Origin: Gemmatimonadales bacterium
GTDB taxonomy: Bacteria > Gemmatimonadota > Gemmatimonadetes > Gemmatimonadales > GWC2-71-9
Direction: 5' to 3'
DNA length: 64,000 nt
Assembly (NCBI GenBank): GCA_035997125.1
Contig: DASYIX010000052.1
Location: 5,752-69,751, forward strand
In this document: positions 1 to 11,290 of the stretch, piece by piece
Layout: each line of letters begins with the position of its first letter
How positions within the stretch are numbered: the first letter of the stretch is position 1
The notes under the pieces: model-generated
What the model saw: the letters and a program-made list of their open reading frames with translations, nothing else
What the model was told of the DNA's origin: nothing
Database searches by the model: none
Position numbers and translations under genes: made by a program

Positions 1-29
1 AAGCTCCTCCGGCGCCGCCGCTCCGAGGC

Positions 30-1229
30 GTGACCGTGTGGGCCGGCCGGCACGTCGTCCTCGGCGTGTCTGGCGGGATCGCCAGCTATAAGAGCTGCGT
101 CCTTGCCCGCCGCTTGACCGAAGCAGGAGCATCGGTGGACGTGGTGCTCACTCGGGGAGCGGCGGAGTTCGTCCGAGCCCCGCTGTTCGAGGGACTCACT
201 GGGCGCCCCGTTCTGACTTCTCTCTGGGAGTCGGGCGGGGCGCTCTCCCATGTCCGGCTGGGTCAAAGCGCCGATCTCATCATCGTCGCACCCGCGACGG
301 CGCATCTGATCGCCCGCGTCGCCCAGGGCTTGGCCGACGACGTGCTGACCGCGCTGCTGCTGGCCCGTACCGCCCCGCTGCTGCTGGCTCCCGCGATGAA
401 CGACGAGATGTATGCTCATCCTGCGACCCAGGCGAACCTGGAGACCCTGCGGGCTCGGGGCGTGTCGCTGGTCGGTCCTGAAGTCGGCGCGCTGGCGGAA
501 GGGCCATCTGAGCGACCCGGCCGGATGAGCGAGCCGGAGACGATCCTGGCGCATGCTGCCCGGCTGTTGCGGCGCGGTCCCCTCGCAGGCCGCCGCGTCG
601 TCATCACTGCGGGTCCGACCCGAGAGTCGATCGATCCGGTGAGAGTGGTGACCAACCGGTCGAGCGGGAAGATGGGGTATCGCCTGGCGGAGGCGGCATG
701 GGAGCGGGGAGCCGAGGTGGTGCTGGTGGCGGGACCGGTCGCACTGCCCGATCCGATCGGCGTCACCGTGCGTCGGGTGGAGACTACCCTGGAGATGGAG
801 GAGGCCGTCCGGGCCGAGCTCCCCGCCGCCGACGTGTTGGTGATGGCCGCGGCACCGGCCGACTTCCGCCCCAGCAGTCCGAGCGAGGGGAAGCGCCCGA
901 AGACGGACGGCGCGCTCGCTATTCCCATGGAGCCGACCGGCGATGTGCTCGATGCCACGCGCGGCGTGAGAAAGCGGGGCAGCATGATCGTGGGTTTTGC
1001 CTTGGAGACTGGCGACGCTCTCTCCAAGGGACTGGCCAAGCTGGAGCGCAAAGGACTCGATCTGATTGTAGTGAATGACGCGCTCGAGCCTGGCGCCGGA
1101 TTTGAGAAGGACACCAATCGCGTGGCTCTTCTGGCCCGTGACGGCACCCGGCGGATTCTCCCGCTACAGTCGAAGCGTGAAGTGGCCGAAGCAATCCTCG
1201 ACACGGTGGAGGAGTCTCTTGGCCGGTGA
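30..1229 (+). CDS. coaBC: bifunctional phosphopantothenoylcysteine decarboxylase / phosphopantothenate-cysteine ligase
   Basis: 399 aa. N-terminal flavoprotein half (VLGVSGGIASYKS, APAMN) and C-terminal CoaB half (ITAGPTRESIDPVRVVTNRSSGKMG). Confidence 0.9.
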   Translation: MTVWAGRHVVLGVSGGIASYKSCVLARRLTEAGASVDVVLTRGAAEFVRAPLFEGLTGRPVLTSLWESGGALSHVRLGQSADLIIVAPATAHLIARVAQGLADDVLTALLLARTAPLLLAPAMNDEMYAHPATQANLETLRARGVSLVGPEVGALAEGPSERPGRMSEPETILAHAARLLRRGPLAGRRVVITAGPTRESIDPVRVVTNRSSGKMGYRLAEAAWERGAEVVLVAGPVALPDPIGVTVRRVETTLEMEEAVRAELPAADVLVMAAAPADFRPSSPSEGKRPKTDGALAIPMEPTGDVLDATRGVRKRGSMIVGFALETGDALSKGLAKLERKGLDLIVVNDALEPGAGFEKDTNRVALLARDGTRRILPLQSKREVAEAILDTVEESLGR

Positions 1230-2046
1230 ATGGGAGAGATACCTGCGGCAGCAGATCGAGCTTGGGGGGTCAGAAATCGTGCTCAGCGGTCGAGCTGGCA
1301 AGGCAAGTCATTCCCAGTCCGTTCGCTCCGCTCACGATGAACTCCGCCAGGAATCGATTGGCGCTACGTCAGTTCGAGATCTCGACCAGACGTCACCTTC
1401 CGAGCCCAGGTGGAAACAAGGTGCTCCGCCCATACCCGGATCTGGGATCGCGGTTGAATCTCCCGAGCACCACCTCCTCGGCGACGATCTTACCACGCTG
1501 AGTACCATCGACCAGGTCGCCGAGCGAATCCGCACCACGCATTGTTGCGGGCTGTGTCCCGGCCGCACCAACGCGGTGCCTGGAGAGGGGAATCCCAAGG
1601 CAAAATTATTTCTGGTGGGTGAGGGACCCGGCGCGACGGAGGACGCCACCGGGCGACCCTTCGTGGGTCAAGCGGGGAACTTGCTGAACGGCATTTTGGA
1701 TGCTATTGAAGTTCCTCGCGATTCAGTGTACATCACGAACATCGTAAAATGTCGGCCCCCCCAGAATCGGAAGCCCTTACCCGATGAAATCGCCGCGTGC
1801 ATGCCATATCTCCACCGCCAATTGGAGCTCATCCGGCCGAAAGTGATCGTCGCCCTCGGCGGCACGGCGGGTGAGACCATGCTGGGGGTGAGAAAAAGTC
1901 TGGGCGAGCTGCGCGGGAAGGTGCACACGTATAACGGGATCCCGCTGATCGTGACCTACCATCCCGCGGCGCTGCTCCGCAACCCGAACTGGAAGAAGCC
2001 GACCTGGGATGACGTCCGTATCGCACGACAACTACTCGACCGCTGA
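1219..2046 (+). CDS. family-4 uracil-DNA glycosylase with N-terminal extension
   Basis: Motifs GEGPGATEDATGRPFVGQAG and HPAALLRNP plus a Cys cluster (HCCGLCPGR). The ORF opens at 1075 inside coaBC. There is no in-frame ATG after the coaBC stop, so TTG 1219 or GTG 1279 is the likely start. Confidence 0.75.
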   Translation: MAGEWERYLRQQIELGGSEIVLSGRAGKASHSQSVRSAHDELRQESIGATSVRDLDQTSPSEPRWKQGAPPIPGSGIAVESPEHHLLGDDLTTLSTIDQVAERIRTTHCCGLCPGRTNAVPGEGNPKAKLFLVGEGPGATEDATGRPFVGQAGNLLNGILDAIEVPRDSVYITNIVKCRPPQNRKPLPDEIAACMPYLHRQLELIRPKVIVALGGTAGETMLGVRKSLGELRGKVHTYNGIPLIVTYHPAALLRNPNWKKPTWDDVRIARQLLDR

Positions 2047-3394
2047 GACTTACGTCGGGCGGTCCGCCCCATGGAGTCAGGAGGCCGAGCAGGCGGTTCT
2101 CGGCGCCATGCTCCTGGACCAGGATGCCGCGCTCCGGGCCGCGGAGTTGGTGGACGACTCGATGTTCTATCGGGAGGCCCACCGCCGGCTGTTCCGCGCC
2201 ATGCTGGCGCTCACCGAGCAGCGCGTCGTCATTGATCACATCACCCTGCGCGACGAGCTGCTCCGCAGGGGCGAGCTGGAGACGGCGGGGGGCCTCGAAT
2301 ACCTGGCCGAGCTGGTGGACGCGGTCCCCACCGCCGCCAACATCGAGTTCCACGCCAAGATCGTCAAAGACAAGGCAATCCTCCGCCGCCTGATCGAAGC
2401 CTCCACCTCCATAATTACCGAAGCGTACGACGGCCACTCCACCGCCAACGATCTCCTCGACAACGCTGAATCCAAGATCTTCCAGATCTCCCAGCAGCGG
2501 GGGGACGAGGGGTTCACCCGGATCAAGGAGATGCTGTGGCCTACCATGGAGCGCATCGAAACGCTCCAGCGGAGTGGGAAAGCGATTACCGGGGTACCGA
2601 GCGGGTTCCAAGATTTGGACGAGATGACCTCGGGCTTCCAGGCCAGCGAGCTGATCATCGTCGCGGCCCGGCCGTCCATGGGAAAGACCGCCTTCTGTCT
2701 CAACGTGGCCACCCAGGCCGCGGTGGATGGATTCGGGGTCGCGGTGTTCTCGCTGGAAATGTCGAAGGAGGCGTTGGTGCAGCGGATGCTGTGCGCGGAG
2801 GCTCGGGTGGACAGCCAGGCGGTACGGCGGGGCGCGCTCAGAGATCCGGATTTCACTCGGCTGGCGCGCGCGGCGGGCATTCTCCAGAGCTGCCCGGTGT
2901 GGATCGACGACTCGCCGGCGCTGACGCTGCTGGAAATGCGCTCCAAGGCGCGGCGGTTGAAGGTGGAGAACGACGTCCGGCTCATCATCGTGGACTATCT
3001 CCAGCTCATGCGCAGCCCCGAGTATTCCGAGAACCGGGTCCAGGAGGTGTCCGACATCTCCCGCTCGCTCAAGGGGCTGGCCCGGGAGCTCAATATTCCG
3101 GTCATCGCGCTGTCCCAGCTCTCCCGCGCCTCGGAGCAGCGCGGTGGGGAACGGCGGCCGATTCTCTCCGACCTCCGCGACTCGGGCGCCATCGAGCAGG
3201 ACGCCGACGTGGTGCTCTTCATCCATCGGCCGGAGATGTATCAGAAGGAAGACAGCGAGGGCAACAGCGTCCAGGGCATGGCGGAGGTCATCGTCGGCAA
3301 GCACCGGAACGGGCCCACCGGGCTGGTGAACCTCTACTTTCACAAGCAATTCACCCGGTTCGACAATCGGACGGAGAGAGAGGCGCCGGAATGA
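2009..3394 (+). CDS. dnaB: replicative DNA helicase
   Basis: 461 aa. DnaB N-domain (QEAEQAVLGAMLLD), Walker A ARPSMGKTAF, IIVDYLQLM, and a SQLSR...RP..SDLRDSGAIEQDAD tail. Confidence 0.95.
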   Translation: MTSVSHDNYSTAETYVGRSAPWSQEAEQAVLGAMLLDQDAALRAAELVDDSMFYREAHRRLFRAMLALTEQRVVIDHITLRDELLRRGELETAGGLEYLAELVDAVPTAANIEFHAKIVKDKAILRRLIEASTSIITEAYDGHSTANDLLDNAESKIFQISQQRGDEGFTRIKEMLWPTMERIETLQRSGKAITGVPSGFQDLDEMTSGFQASELIIVAARPSMGKTAFCLNVATQAAVDGFGVAVFSLEMSKEALVQRMLCAEARVDSQAVRRGALRDPDFTRLARAAGILQSCPVWIDDSPALTLLEMRSKARRLKVENDVRLIIVDYLQLMRSPEYSENRVQEVSDISRSLKGLARELNIPVIALSQLSRASEQRGGERRPILSDLRDSGAIEQDADVVLFIHRPEMYQKEDSEGNSVQGMAEVIVGKHRNGPTGLVNLYFHKQFTRFDNRTEREAPE

Positions 3395-3396
3395 CA

Positions 3397-3428
3397 GGCG
3401 GTAAGGCGGTAGGGCGGTACGGCGGTAG
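3397..3428. repeat. tandem octamer array (GGCGGTAN) x4
   Basis: Read directly: GGCGGTAA GGCGGTAG GGCGGTAC GGCGGTAG. It lies between the dnaB stop (3394) and the radA ATG (3452). Confidence 0.9.
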
Positions 3429-3451
3429 CGTTGTCACCCTGAGCGCAGCGT

Positions 3452-4831
3452 ATGCCTAAGCCACGCTCAGTCTACCGCTGCACCGAGTGCGGGCACGAGC
3501 ATCCCAAGTGGGTGGGACGGTGCGAGGAGTGCAGCGCCTGGAATTCGGTGGCGGAGGAGCCGGTCGCGCTGGCGCGCGGCGGAAGAAGCGGAAAAGGCGG
3601 AAGAGGCGGTCGGGGTGGGTCCGCTCCTTCCGCTCCTTCCGCCATTCGACTCCGCGACGTCGCCGCCGAATCGCTCACTCGCTGGCAAACCGGCCTGCCG
3701 GAATTCGATTTCGTCCTCGGCGGAGGAATCGTCCCCGGCTCCATGACACTCATCGGGGGCGAGCCGGGAATCGGCAAATCGACGCTGCTGTTGCAGGCTG
3801 CTGCTCGCCTCGAGTCGGCCGGTCGCACGGTGCTCTATGCCAGCGGCGAGGAGTCCCCCGACCAGATCCGGCTCCGGGCCGACCGGCTGGTGGAAGATGC
3901 CGGCACGGTGCATGTGCTGGGCGAGACCCGGCTGGAAGCGATCATCGAGGCGGTGTCCGCAGTGCAGGCCGATGTCGTGGTGATCGATTCCATTCAGACG
4001 GTCTATACCGGAATGCTGGAGAGCGCGCCGGGCAACGTCGGGCAGGTGCGGGAATGCTCCGGCCAGCTGATGCGCTTTGCCAAGGACAGCGGCACCTCGG
4101 TGATTGTGGTGGGGCACGTGACCAAGGGTGGCGGCATCGCCGGACCCAAGACCCTGGAGCACATCGTTGACACGGTGTTGTACTTCGAGGGCGAGGCCAC
4201 TCTGGATTATCGCCTGCTGCGCACCACCAAGAACCGATTCGGCTCGGTGGACGAGCTCGGAGTCTTCTCCATGACCGAGAGCGGCCTGGTGGCGGTGCCC
4301 AACCCATCCGCGGTGTTTCTTGCTGCCCGATCCGACAAGACCAGTGGCAGCGCCGTCACCGCTCTTATGGAAGGCACCCGCCCGGTGCTGGTGGAGGTGC
4401 AGGCGCTCGCAGCGAAATCCGGGTACGGCACTCCCCAGCGGGTCGCGACCGGTCTGGATCCCCGCCGGCTCGCGGTCCTGCTCGCGGTGCTGGAGCGCCG
4501 AGCCCAGACCTCCTTCGCCGATCTCGACGTCTTCGTGCAGGTCACCGCCGGCGTGCGGCTCAACGAGCCCGGTGCCGACCTCGCGGTGGCGGCGGCGCTG
4601 CTGTCCAGTCTCCATAACCGGCCGGCCCCAGCCGACGTCATCTTCCTGGGCGAGATCGGATTGGGCGGTGAGATCCGGCCCAGCGGGGCGGTCGAGCGGC
4701 GGATTGCGGAGGCCGTGCGACTTGGCTTTCACCGGGTGTTTGGCTCCTCCCGCAGCCCGGTGCAGGTACCGGGCGCTTCGCTGGTGGGGCTGGATCATGT
4801 GGATCAGCTGGTGCGCGCGCTTGCCGCGTGA
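3452..4831 (+). CDS. radA: DNA repair protein RadA/Sms
   Basis: Zn ribbon CTECGHEHPKWVGRCEECSAWNS, Walker A GGEPGIGKST, KNRFG motif, Lon-like C-terminal domain. Confidence 0.95.
   Translation: MPKPRSVYRCTECGHEHPKWVGRCEECSAWNSVAEEPVALARGGRSGKGGRGGRGGSAPSAPSAIRLRDVAAESLTRWQTGLPEFDFVLGGGIVPGSMTLIGGEPGIGKSTLLLQAAARLESAGRTVLYASGEESPDQIRLRADRLVEDAGTVHVLGETRLEAIIEAVSAVQADVVVIDSIQTVYTGMLESAPGNVGQVRECSGQLMRFAKDSGTSVIVVGHVTKGGGIAGPKTLEHIVDTVLYFEGEATLDYRLLRTTKNRFGSVDELGVFSMTESGLVAVPNPSAVFLAARSDKTSGSAVTALMEGTRPVLVEVQALAAKSGYGTPQRVATGLDPRRLAVLLAVLERRAQTSFADLDVFVQVTAGVRLNEPGADLAVAAALLSSLHNRPAPADVIFLGEIGLGGEIRPSGAVERRIAEAVRLGFHRVFGSSRSPVQVPGASLVGLDHVDQLVRALAA
3578..3643. repeat. in-frame intragenic inverted tandem-repeat (nonamer units) inside radA linker
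   Basis: GGCGGAAGA AGCGGAAAA GGCGGAAGA GGCGG, an 11-nt loop, then CCGCTCCTT CCGCTCCTT CCGCC. Translated as GGRSGKGGRGGRGGSAPSAPSA. Confidence 0.85.
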
Positions 4832-5519
4832 TGTAGGTGCGATTGTAGTCGCTGCGGGGCGGGGCGCCCGATTCGGCAGCGAGACTCCCAAACAGTTTCA
4901 CCTCGTGGGCGGCGTGCCCATAGTGCTGCGAGCGCTGCGTTCCTTTACCTCCCACCCTGACGTGGCTCACGTGGTTTTGGTGCTGTCGGCCGAGCACGCG
5001 GCCCATCCTCCCGCCTTCCTCTCCGCCTTCTCCGCTCTCTCGCCGCTCTCCGTCGTTGCCGGAGGCACGCACCGAGGCGACTCGGTCCGGGCAGGCCTCG
5101 CCGCCCTGAATGCGGATTGCGGCGTGGTGCTGGTACACGATGGGGCGCGGCCGTTCGTGCAGCGCTCGCTGATCGATCGGGTGATCGAGTACGCCCGACA
5201 AGGCGAGGGCGCGGTGCCGGCGGTGCCACTGAGTGACACGCTGAAGGAAGTCGCTGGAGACGACCCCACGCGGATCGTGCGGACCCGGCCGCGTGCGCGG
5301 CTGTGGCGGGCGCAGACCCCCCAGGGATTCCCCCGCACAATTTTGGAAGCGGCTCATGCCCACGCGGCCCAGGTCGGACGCCGGGCTACCGACGATGCGG
5401 CCCTGGTCGAGGCCATGGGAGTGACAGTTCGGCTGATTCCTGACTCCAGCCGCAACATCAAGGTCACCACCCCCGAAGACCTGGCGCTGGCAGAAATGTT
5501 GGCCGCCGAGCCGCGATGA
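4797..5519 (+). CDS. ispD: 2-C-methyl-D-erythritol 4-phosphate cytidylyltransferase
   Basis: AIVVAAGRGARFG...PKQF N-terminus typical of IspD. The ORF track start at 4320 is an artefact inside radA. Start is ATG 4797 or, by N-terminal length, more likely TTG 4821. Confidence 0.85.
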   Translation: MWISWCARLPRDVGAIVVAAGRGARFGSETPKQFHLVGGVPIVLRALRSFTSHPDVAHVVLVLSAEHAAHPPAFLSAFSALSPLSVVAGGTHRGDSVRAGLAALNADCGVVLVHDGARPFVQRSLIDRVIEYARQGEGAVPAVPLSDTLKEVAGDDPTRIVRTRPRARLWRAQTPQGFPRTILEAAHAHAAQVGRRATDDAALVEAMGVTVRLIPDSSRNIKVTTPEDLALAEMLAAEPR

Positions 5520-6166
5520 TCCTGCCCTTTCGAACTGACAGCGAGGTGTTCGCTGCCATCCCGCAGGTGGGCCGGCACCTCCGGGCCAACAAATTGCTCG
5601 CGTACCCTACCGAAACGGTCTACGGCCTAGGCTCCGCCCCCACGATTCCGGCACTCGCCGCCTTGGCTCGGCTGAAGGGCCGTCCGGAAGGGAAGCCTTT
5701 CCTCCTTCTCATCTCGGGGCGGAAGATGGCGGAAGACTGGGGACTGGTGTTTACCCCCTCGGCCACCGCGCTGTCCGACGCGTTCTGGCCCGGTCCGCTG
5801 ACTCTGGTGCTCCCTGGCGGGGAAGGAAGGCTGCCCGACGAGCTGCGGGGCAGGGAAGGCGGGATCGCCGTGCGGCACACCTCGCATCCCGGCATTGCCC
5901 GACTGATCTCCTCGTTGGGCGGGCCGCTCACCTCGACGTCGGCCAATCGTCCGGGCGGCCCGCCTGCACCGGGTCCCGATCGCCTCATTGAGTTGTTCGG
6001 TCCGGAAGAACGGAACGGCGAGCTGCTCGTGCTCGACGGCGGCGTGCTCGGCAACGTGCCCCCGTCGACGCTGGTCGATTGCACCGGGGTGACGGCGCTG
6101 ATGGTTCGCGAAGGAGCGATACCGCGGGGAGAGCTGCGGCGAGCGGCGGGCAGGCTGGCACCATGA
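5516..6166 (+). CDS. tsaC: L-threonylcarbamoyladenylate synthase (YrdC/TsaC type, short form)
   Basis: 216 aa. YPTETVYGLG and TSTSANRPG motifs of the Sua5/YrdC family. ATGA overlap with the ispD stop. Confidence 0.8.
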   Translation: MILPFRTDSEVFAAIPQVGRHLRANKLLAYPTETVYGLGSAPTIPALAALARLKGRPEGKPFLLLISGRKMAEDWGLVFTPSATALSDAFWPGPLTLVLPGGEGRLPDELRGREGGIAVRHTSHPGIARLISSLGGPLTSTSANRPGGPPAPGPDRLIELFGPEERNGELLVLDGGVLGNVPPSTLVDCTGVTALMVREGAIPRGELRRAAGRLAP

Positions 6167-6170
6167 GAGC

Positions 6171-6265
6171 GGGGCAGCGCGGCAGCGGGGCAGTGAGGCG
6201 GTTGTCTGGCCAGCGAGAGCTGAGCCGGTGTGCTGTTGCTGCCCCGCCGCGCCGCCGCGCCGCTG
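6171..6265. repeat. imperfect inverted repeat built from GGGGCAGC-type octamers
   Basis: 5' arm GGGGCAGC GCGGCAGC GGGGCAGT GAGGCGGT (6171-6202). 3' arm GCTGTTGCTGCCCCGCCGCGCCGCCGCGCCGCTG (6232-6265) contains the reverse complement GCTGCCCC. Confidence 0.8.
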
Positions 6266-6278
6266 TTATCTTCTGAAA

Positions 6279-6737
6279 ATGCACGTTCTATTCGTCTGTA
6301 CCGGCAACACCTGCCGCAGTCCCATGGCCGAAGGGCTCCTGCGCGAGGCGCTCACTAACCGAGGCGCCGATCAGGTGACCGTGGCTTCCGCCGGCACCGG
6401 CGCCTGGGACGGGGCGCCGATATCGGAAGGCGCGTATCTGGTAGGACTGGAGCACGGTCTCGACCTCAGCGGGCATCGAGCCCGGCTGCTAACCCGGGAT
6501 CTGGTCAAGTCGGCCGATCTCATCCTGACCATGTCGGCCCATCATCGGGCGCGGGTGGCGGAATTGGGTGGTGAAGACAAGGCGCGGGTGCTCGGTGAGT
6601 ACGTCGGCCGGGACGAGTCCAGCGCGGAGGTCAGCGATCCGTTCGGGTCCGATCTGCCGAGCTACCGGCAGACCTACGAGGAATTGCAGGAGCTGATCGG
6701 GTTGTTGGTGAGCCGGCTGGCCGGCACCGTGCGGTGA
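6279..6737 (+). CDS. low-molecular-weight protein phosphatase (YwlE-like Tyr/Arg phosphatase)
   Basis: P-loop VLFVCTGNTCRSPMAEG at the N-terminus and an SDPF region. It follows a Sua5/YrdC gene, as ywlC-ywlE do in Bacillus. The track start at 6228 lies in the repeat. Confidence 0.8.
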   Translation: MHVLFVCTGNTCRSPMAEGLLREALTNRGADQVTVASAGTGAWDGAPISEGAYLVGLEHGLDLSGHRARLLTRDLVKSADLILTMSAHHRARVAELGGEDKARVLGEYVGRDESSAEVSDPFGSDLPSYRQTYEELQELIGLLVSRLAGTVR

Positions 6738-7537
6738 TCAGCGGCGGCTCCCGCGTCCTCGCCATCCTGGGCGATCCGGTCGCGCATTCTCTCTCTCCAA
6801 CCATGCAGAACGCCGCGTTCCGGGCCCTCGGATTGTCCGCGGTCTATGTTCCCTTGCGCTGCTCTGGCGAAGACTTACCGCTGCTGCTCCGCGCCCTCGC
6901 TCGAGCCGGAGGCGGCGGGAACATCACTGTCCCGCACAAAGAGGTTGCGGCGCGCTCGGTGGATACCTGCCGTGAGCTGGCGGAGACGGTTGAAGCCTGC
7001 AACACGTTCTGGAGCGAGAACGGCCGTACCGTGGGCGACAATACCGATGTCCCCGGCCTGGTCGAGGCGCTGCATCAGTTGGAGGTGTCGCGCGCGCCCT
7101 GGTTCATCGCCGGCACCGGCGGCGGGGCCCGGGCGGCCGTGGTGGCGGCGCGAGAATTCGGCGTGCCGGTCGCGGTCCGATCCCGGGACCGGGGGCGGCA
7201 GAGCCGGTTCGAGAGCTGGATCTCCTCCCGTGAGGTGGAGCTTGCGGCGCCCGCCGACTGTGGGGTGCTGATCAACTCGACCCCGCTCGGCCTCCACCCG
7301 GACGATCCTTTCCCCATTGAGCCTGACGGCTTTCCTCGCGCCGAGGTCGCCTTCGACATGGTGTACGCTCCGGGGCAAACCTCCTGGGTGCGCGAGATGA
7401 AATCCCGGGTCCGGCGAGCTGCCGACGGGCGTGCCATGCTCGTGGCCCAGGGCGCGGCTGCGTTCGAGCGCTGGTTCCCCGGCAAGCCCGCTCCGGTTGA
7501 GGTGATGCGAGCAGCGGTCGATGCTGCGCTTCGCTAA
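6734..7537 (+). CDS. aroE: shikimate dehydrogenase
   Basis: ILGDPVAHSLSPTMQNAAF N-terminus, NITVPHK, NTD..G motifs. GTGA overlap with the upstream stop. Confidence 0.85.
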   Translation: MISGGSRVLAILGDPVAHSLSPTMQNAAFRALGLSAVYVPLRCSGEDLPLLLRALARAGGGGNITVPHKEVAARSVDTCRELAETVEACNTFWSENGRTVGDNTDVPGLVEALHQLEVSRAPWFIAGTGGGARAAVVAAREFGVPVAVRSRDRGRQSRFESWISSREVELAAPADCGVLINSTPLGLHPDDPFPIEPDGFPRAEVAFDMVYAPGQTSWVREMKSRVRRAADGRAMLVAQGAAAFERWFPGKPAPVEVMRAAVDAALR

Positions 7538-8270
7538 TCCCGGCCGGCAAACCGGTCGCTCCGAAATCCTGGCGGGGATGGAACGCTGGCTACTTCCGGC
7601 CGCGTGTCTCCTCTGCGGCGAGCCGGTTCCAGAGCGTCAGGCCGACGCGCTCATCTGCGATCTCTGCCGGATCCGTTGGCGCCCGATCCCTCACCCGCTG
7701 TGCGGTCGCTGCGGCCAGCCCAGCTTGGGAGATCTCGCGTGTCGGCTCTGCGCCGAGTGGCCAGAAGGTCTCGCGCGGGTGCGCAGCGCGGTGTGGCTGG
7801 AAGGCTCGGCTCGGGACGCCGTCCATCGGCTCAAGTACGACGGTTGGACCCGCGCGTCCAAGGCAATGGCGGAGACGATGCGGTCGCTGGAGCCATTGAC
7901 CGGGCGGGTATCCTTGATACCGGTGCCGCTGGGCCGGCGCCGGCTGCGGCAACGAGGCTACAACCAGAGCGAGTGCCTGGCGCACGCGCTCGGCGGAGCG
8001 GTCGGGGCGCCGGTTCGAACCGATCTGCTCGGCCGAGTGCGGGAGACGCCCACTCAAACCGCCTTGACCCCGGAGGCGCGGCACGCCAACGTCGCCGGGG
8101 CGTTTCATGCCGGCGCGGTGCGGGGGTTGGAACTGGTCCTGGTGGACGATGTGTTTACCACTGGGGCAACCCTCGCCGCTGCTGGAGCGGCGCTGTCCGA
8201 AGCGGGGGCGGCGCGAGTGGAGGCAGTGACGTTTGCCCGTGCTGTGGTGGAGCTCGGAGTCGGAAGCTAG
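7521..8270 (+). CDS. comF: ComF family phosphoribosyltransferase-like protein
   Basis: N-terminal Cys pairs (CLLCG..CDLC, CGRCG..CRLC) and PRTase motif LVLVDDVFTTGATL. Alternative start at ATG 7578. Confidence 0.75.
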   Translation: MLRFANPGRQTGRSEILAGMERWLLPAACLLCGEPVPERQADALICDLCRIRWRPIPHPLCGRCGQPSLGDLACRLCAEWPEGLARVRSAVWLEGSARDAVHRLKYDGWTRASKAMAETMRSLEPLTGRVSLIPVPLGRRRLRQRGYNQSECLAHALGGAVGAPVRTDLLGRVRETPTQTALTPEARHANVAGAFHAGAVRGLELVLVDDVFTTGATLAAAGAALSEAGAARVEAVTFARAVVELGVGS

Positions 8271-8295
8271 GAGTCAGGAGACACTCCCAGCTTCC
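8262..8295. repeat. 12-bp stem hairpin spanning the comF stop, carrying GAGTCAGGAG
   Basis: GGAAGCTAGGAG (8262-8273) pairs with CTCCCAGCTTCC (8284-8295) with 1 mismatch. There is no T-tract. GAGTCAGGAG is at 8271-8280. Confidence 0.7.
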
Positions 8296-8302
8296 TAGCT
8301 GA

Positions 8303-10524
<2,222 letters not shown>

Positions 10525-10536
10525 TGAGCCCGTCTT

Positions 10537-11289
<753 letters not shown>

Positions 11290-11290
11290 T

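Noticed and set aside
1829-3349. 506-aa ORF on the minus strand opposite dnaB
   Set aside because: It is a mirror-frame ORF typical of GC-rich DNA. The translation is low-complexity (R/G/P/H/L-rich) with no recognisable motif, and it is completely overlapped by a strongly supported dnaB.
3397-3428. Tandem arrays (here, and at 15149-15180 and 11294-11321) considered as CRISPR-like arrays
   Set aside because: The units are only 7-9 nt, directly abutting, with no unique spacers and no cas genes. They are simple tandem repeats, not CRISPR.
3467-4891. 474-aa minus-strand ORF opposite radA. The same pattern occurs for 18551-20191, 20958-22298, 28254-29363, 29860-31530, 31127-32326, 32818-34167, 46428-47498, 48767-49777 and 56213-57304.
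   Set aside because: All are antisense to genes with unambiguous family motifs (radA, sdhA, nuoD/F/G/H, sucD, plsX, mqnC). They have Arg/Gly/Pro/His-biased composition and lack start context. I treat them as GC-driven open frames, not genes.
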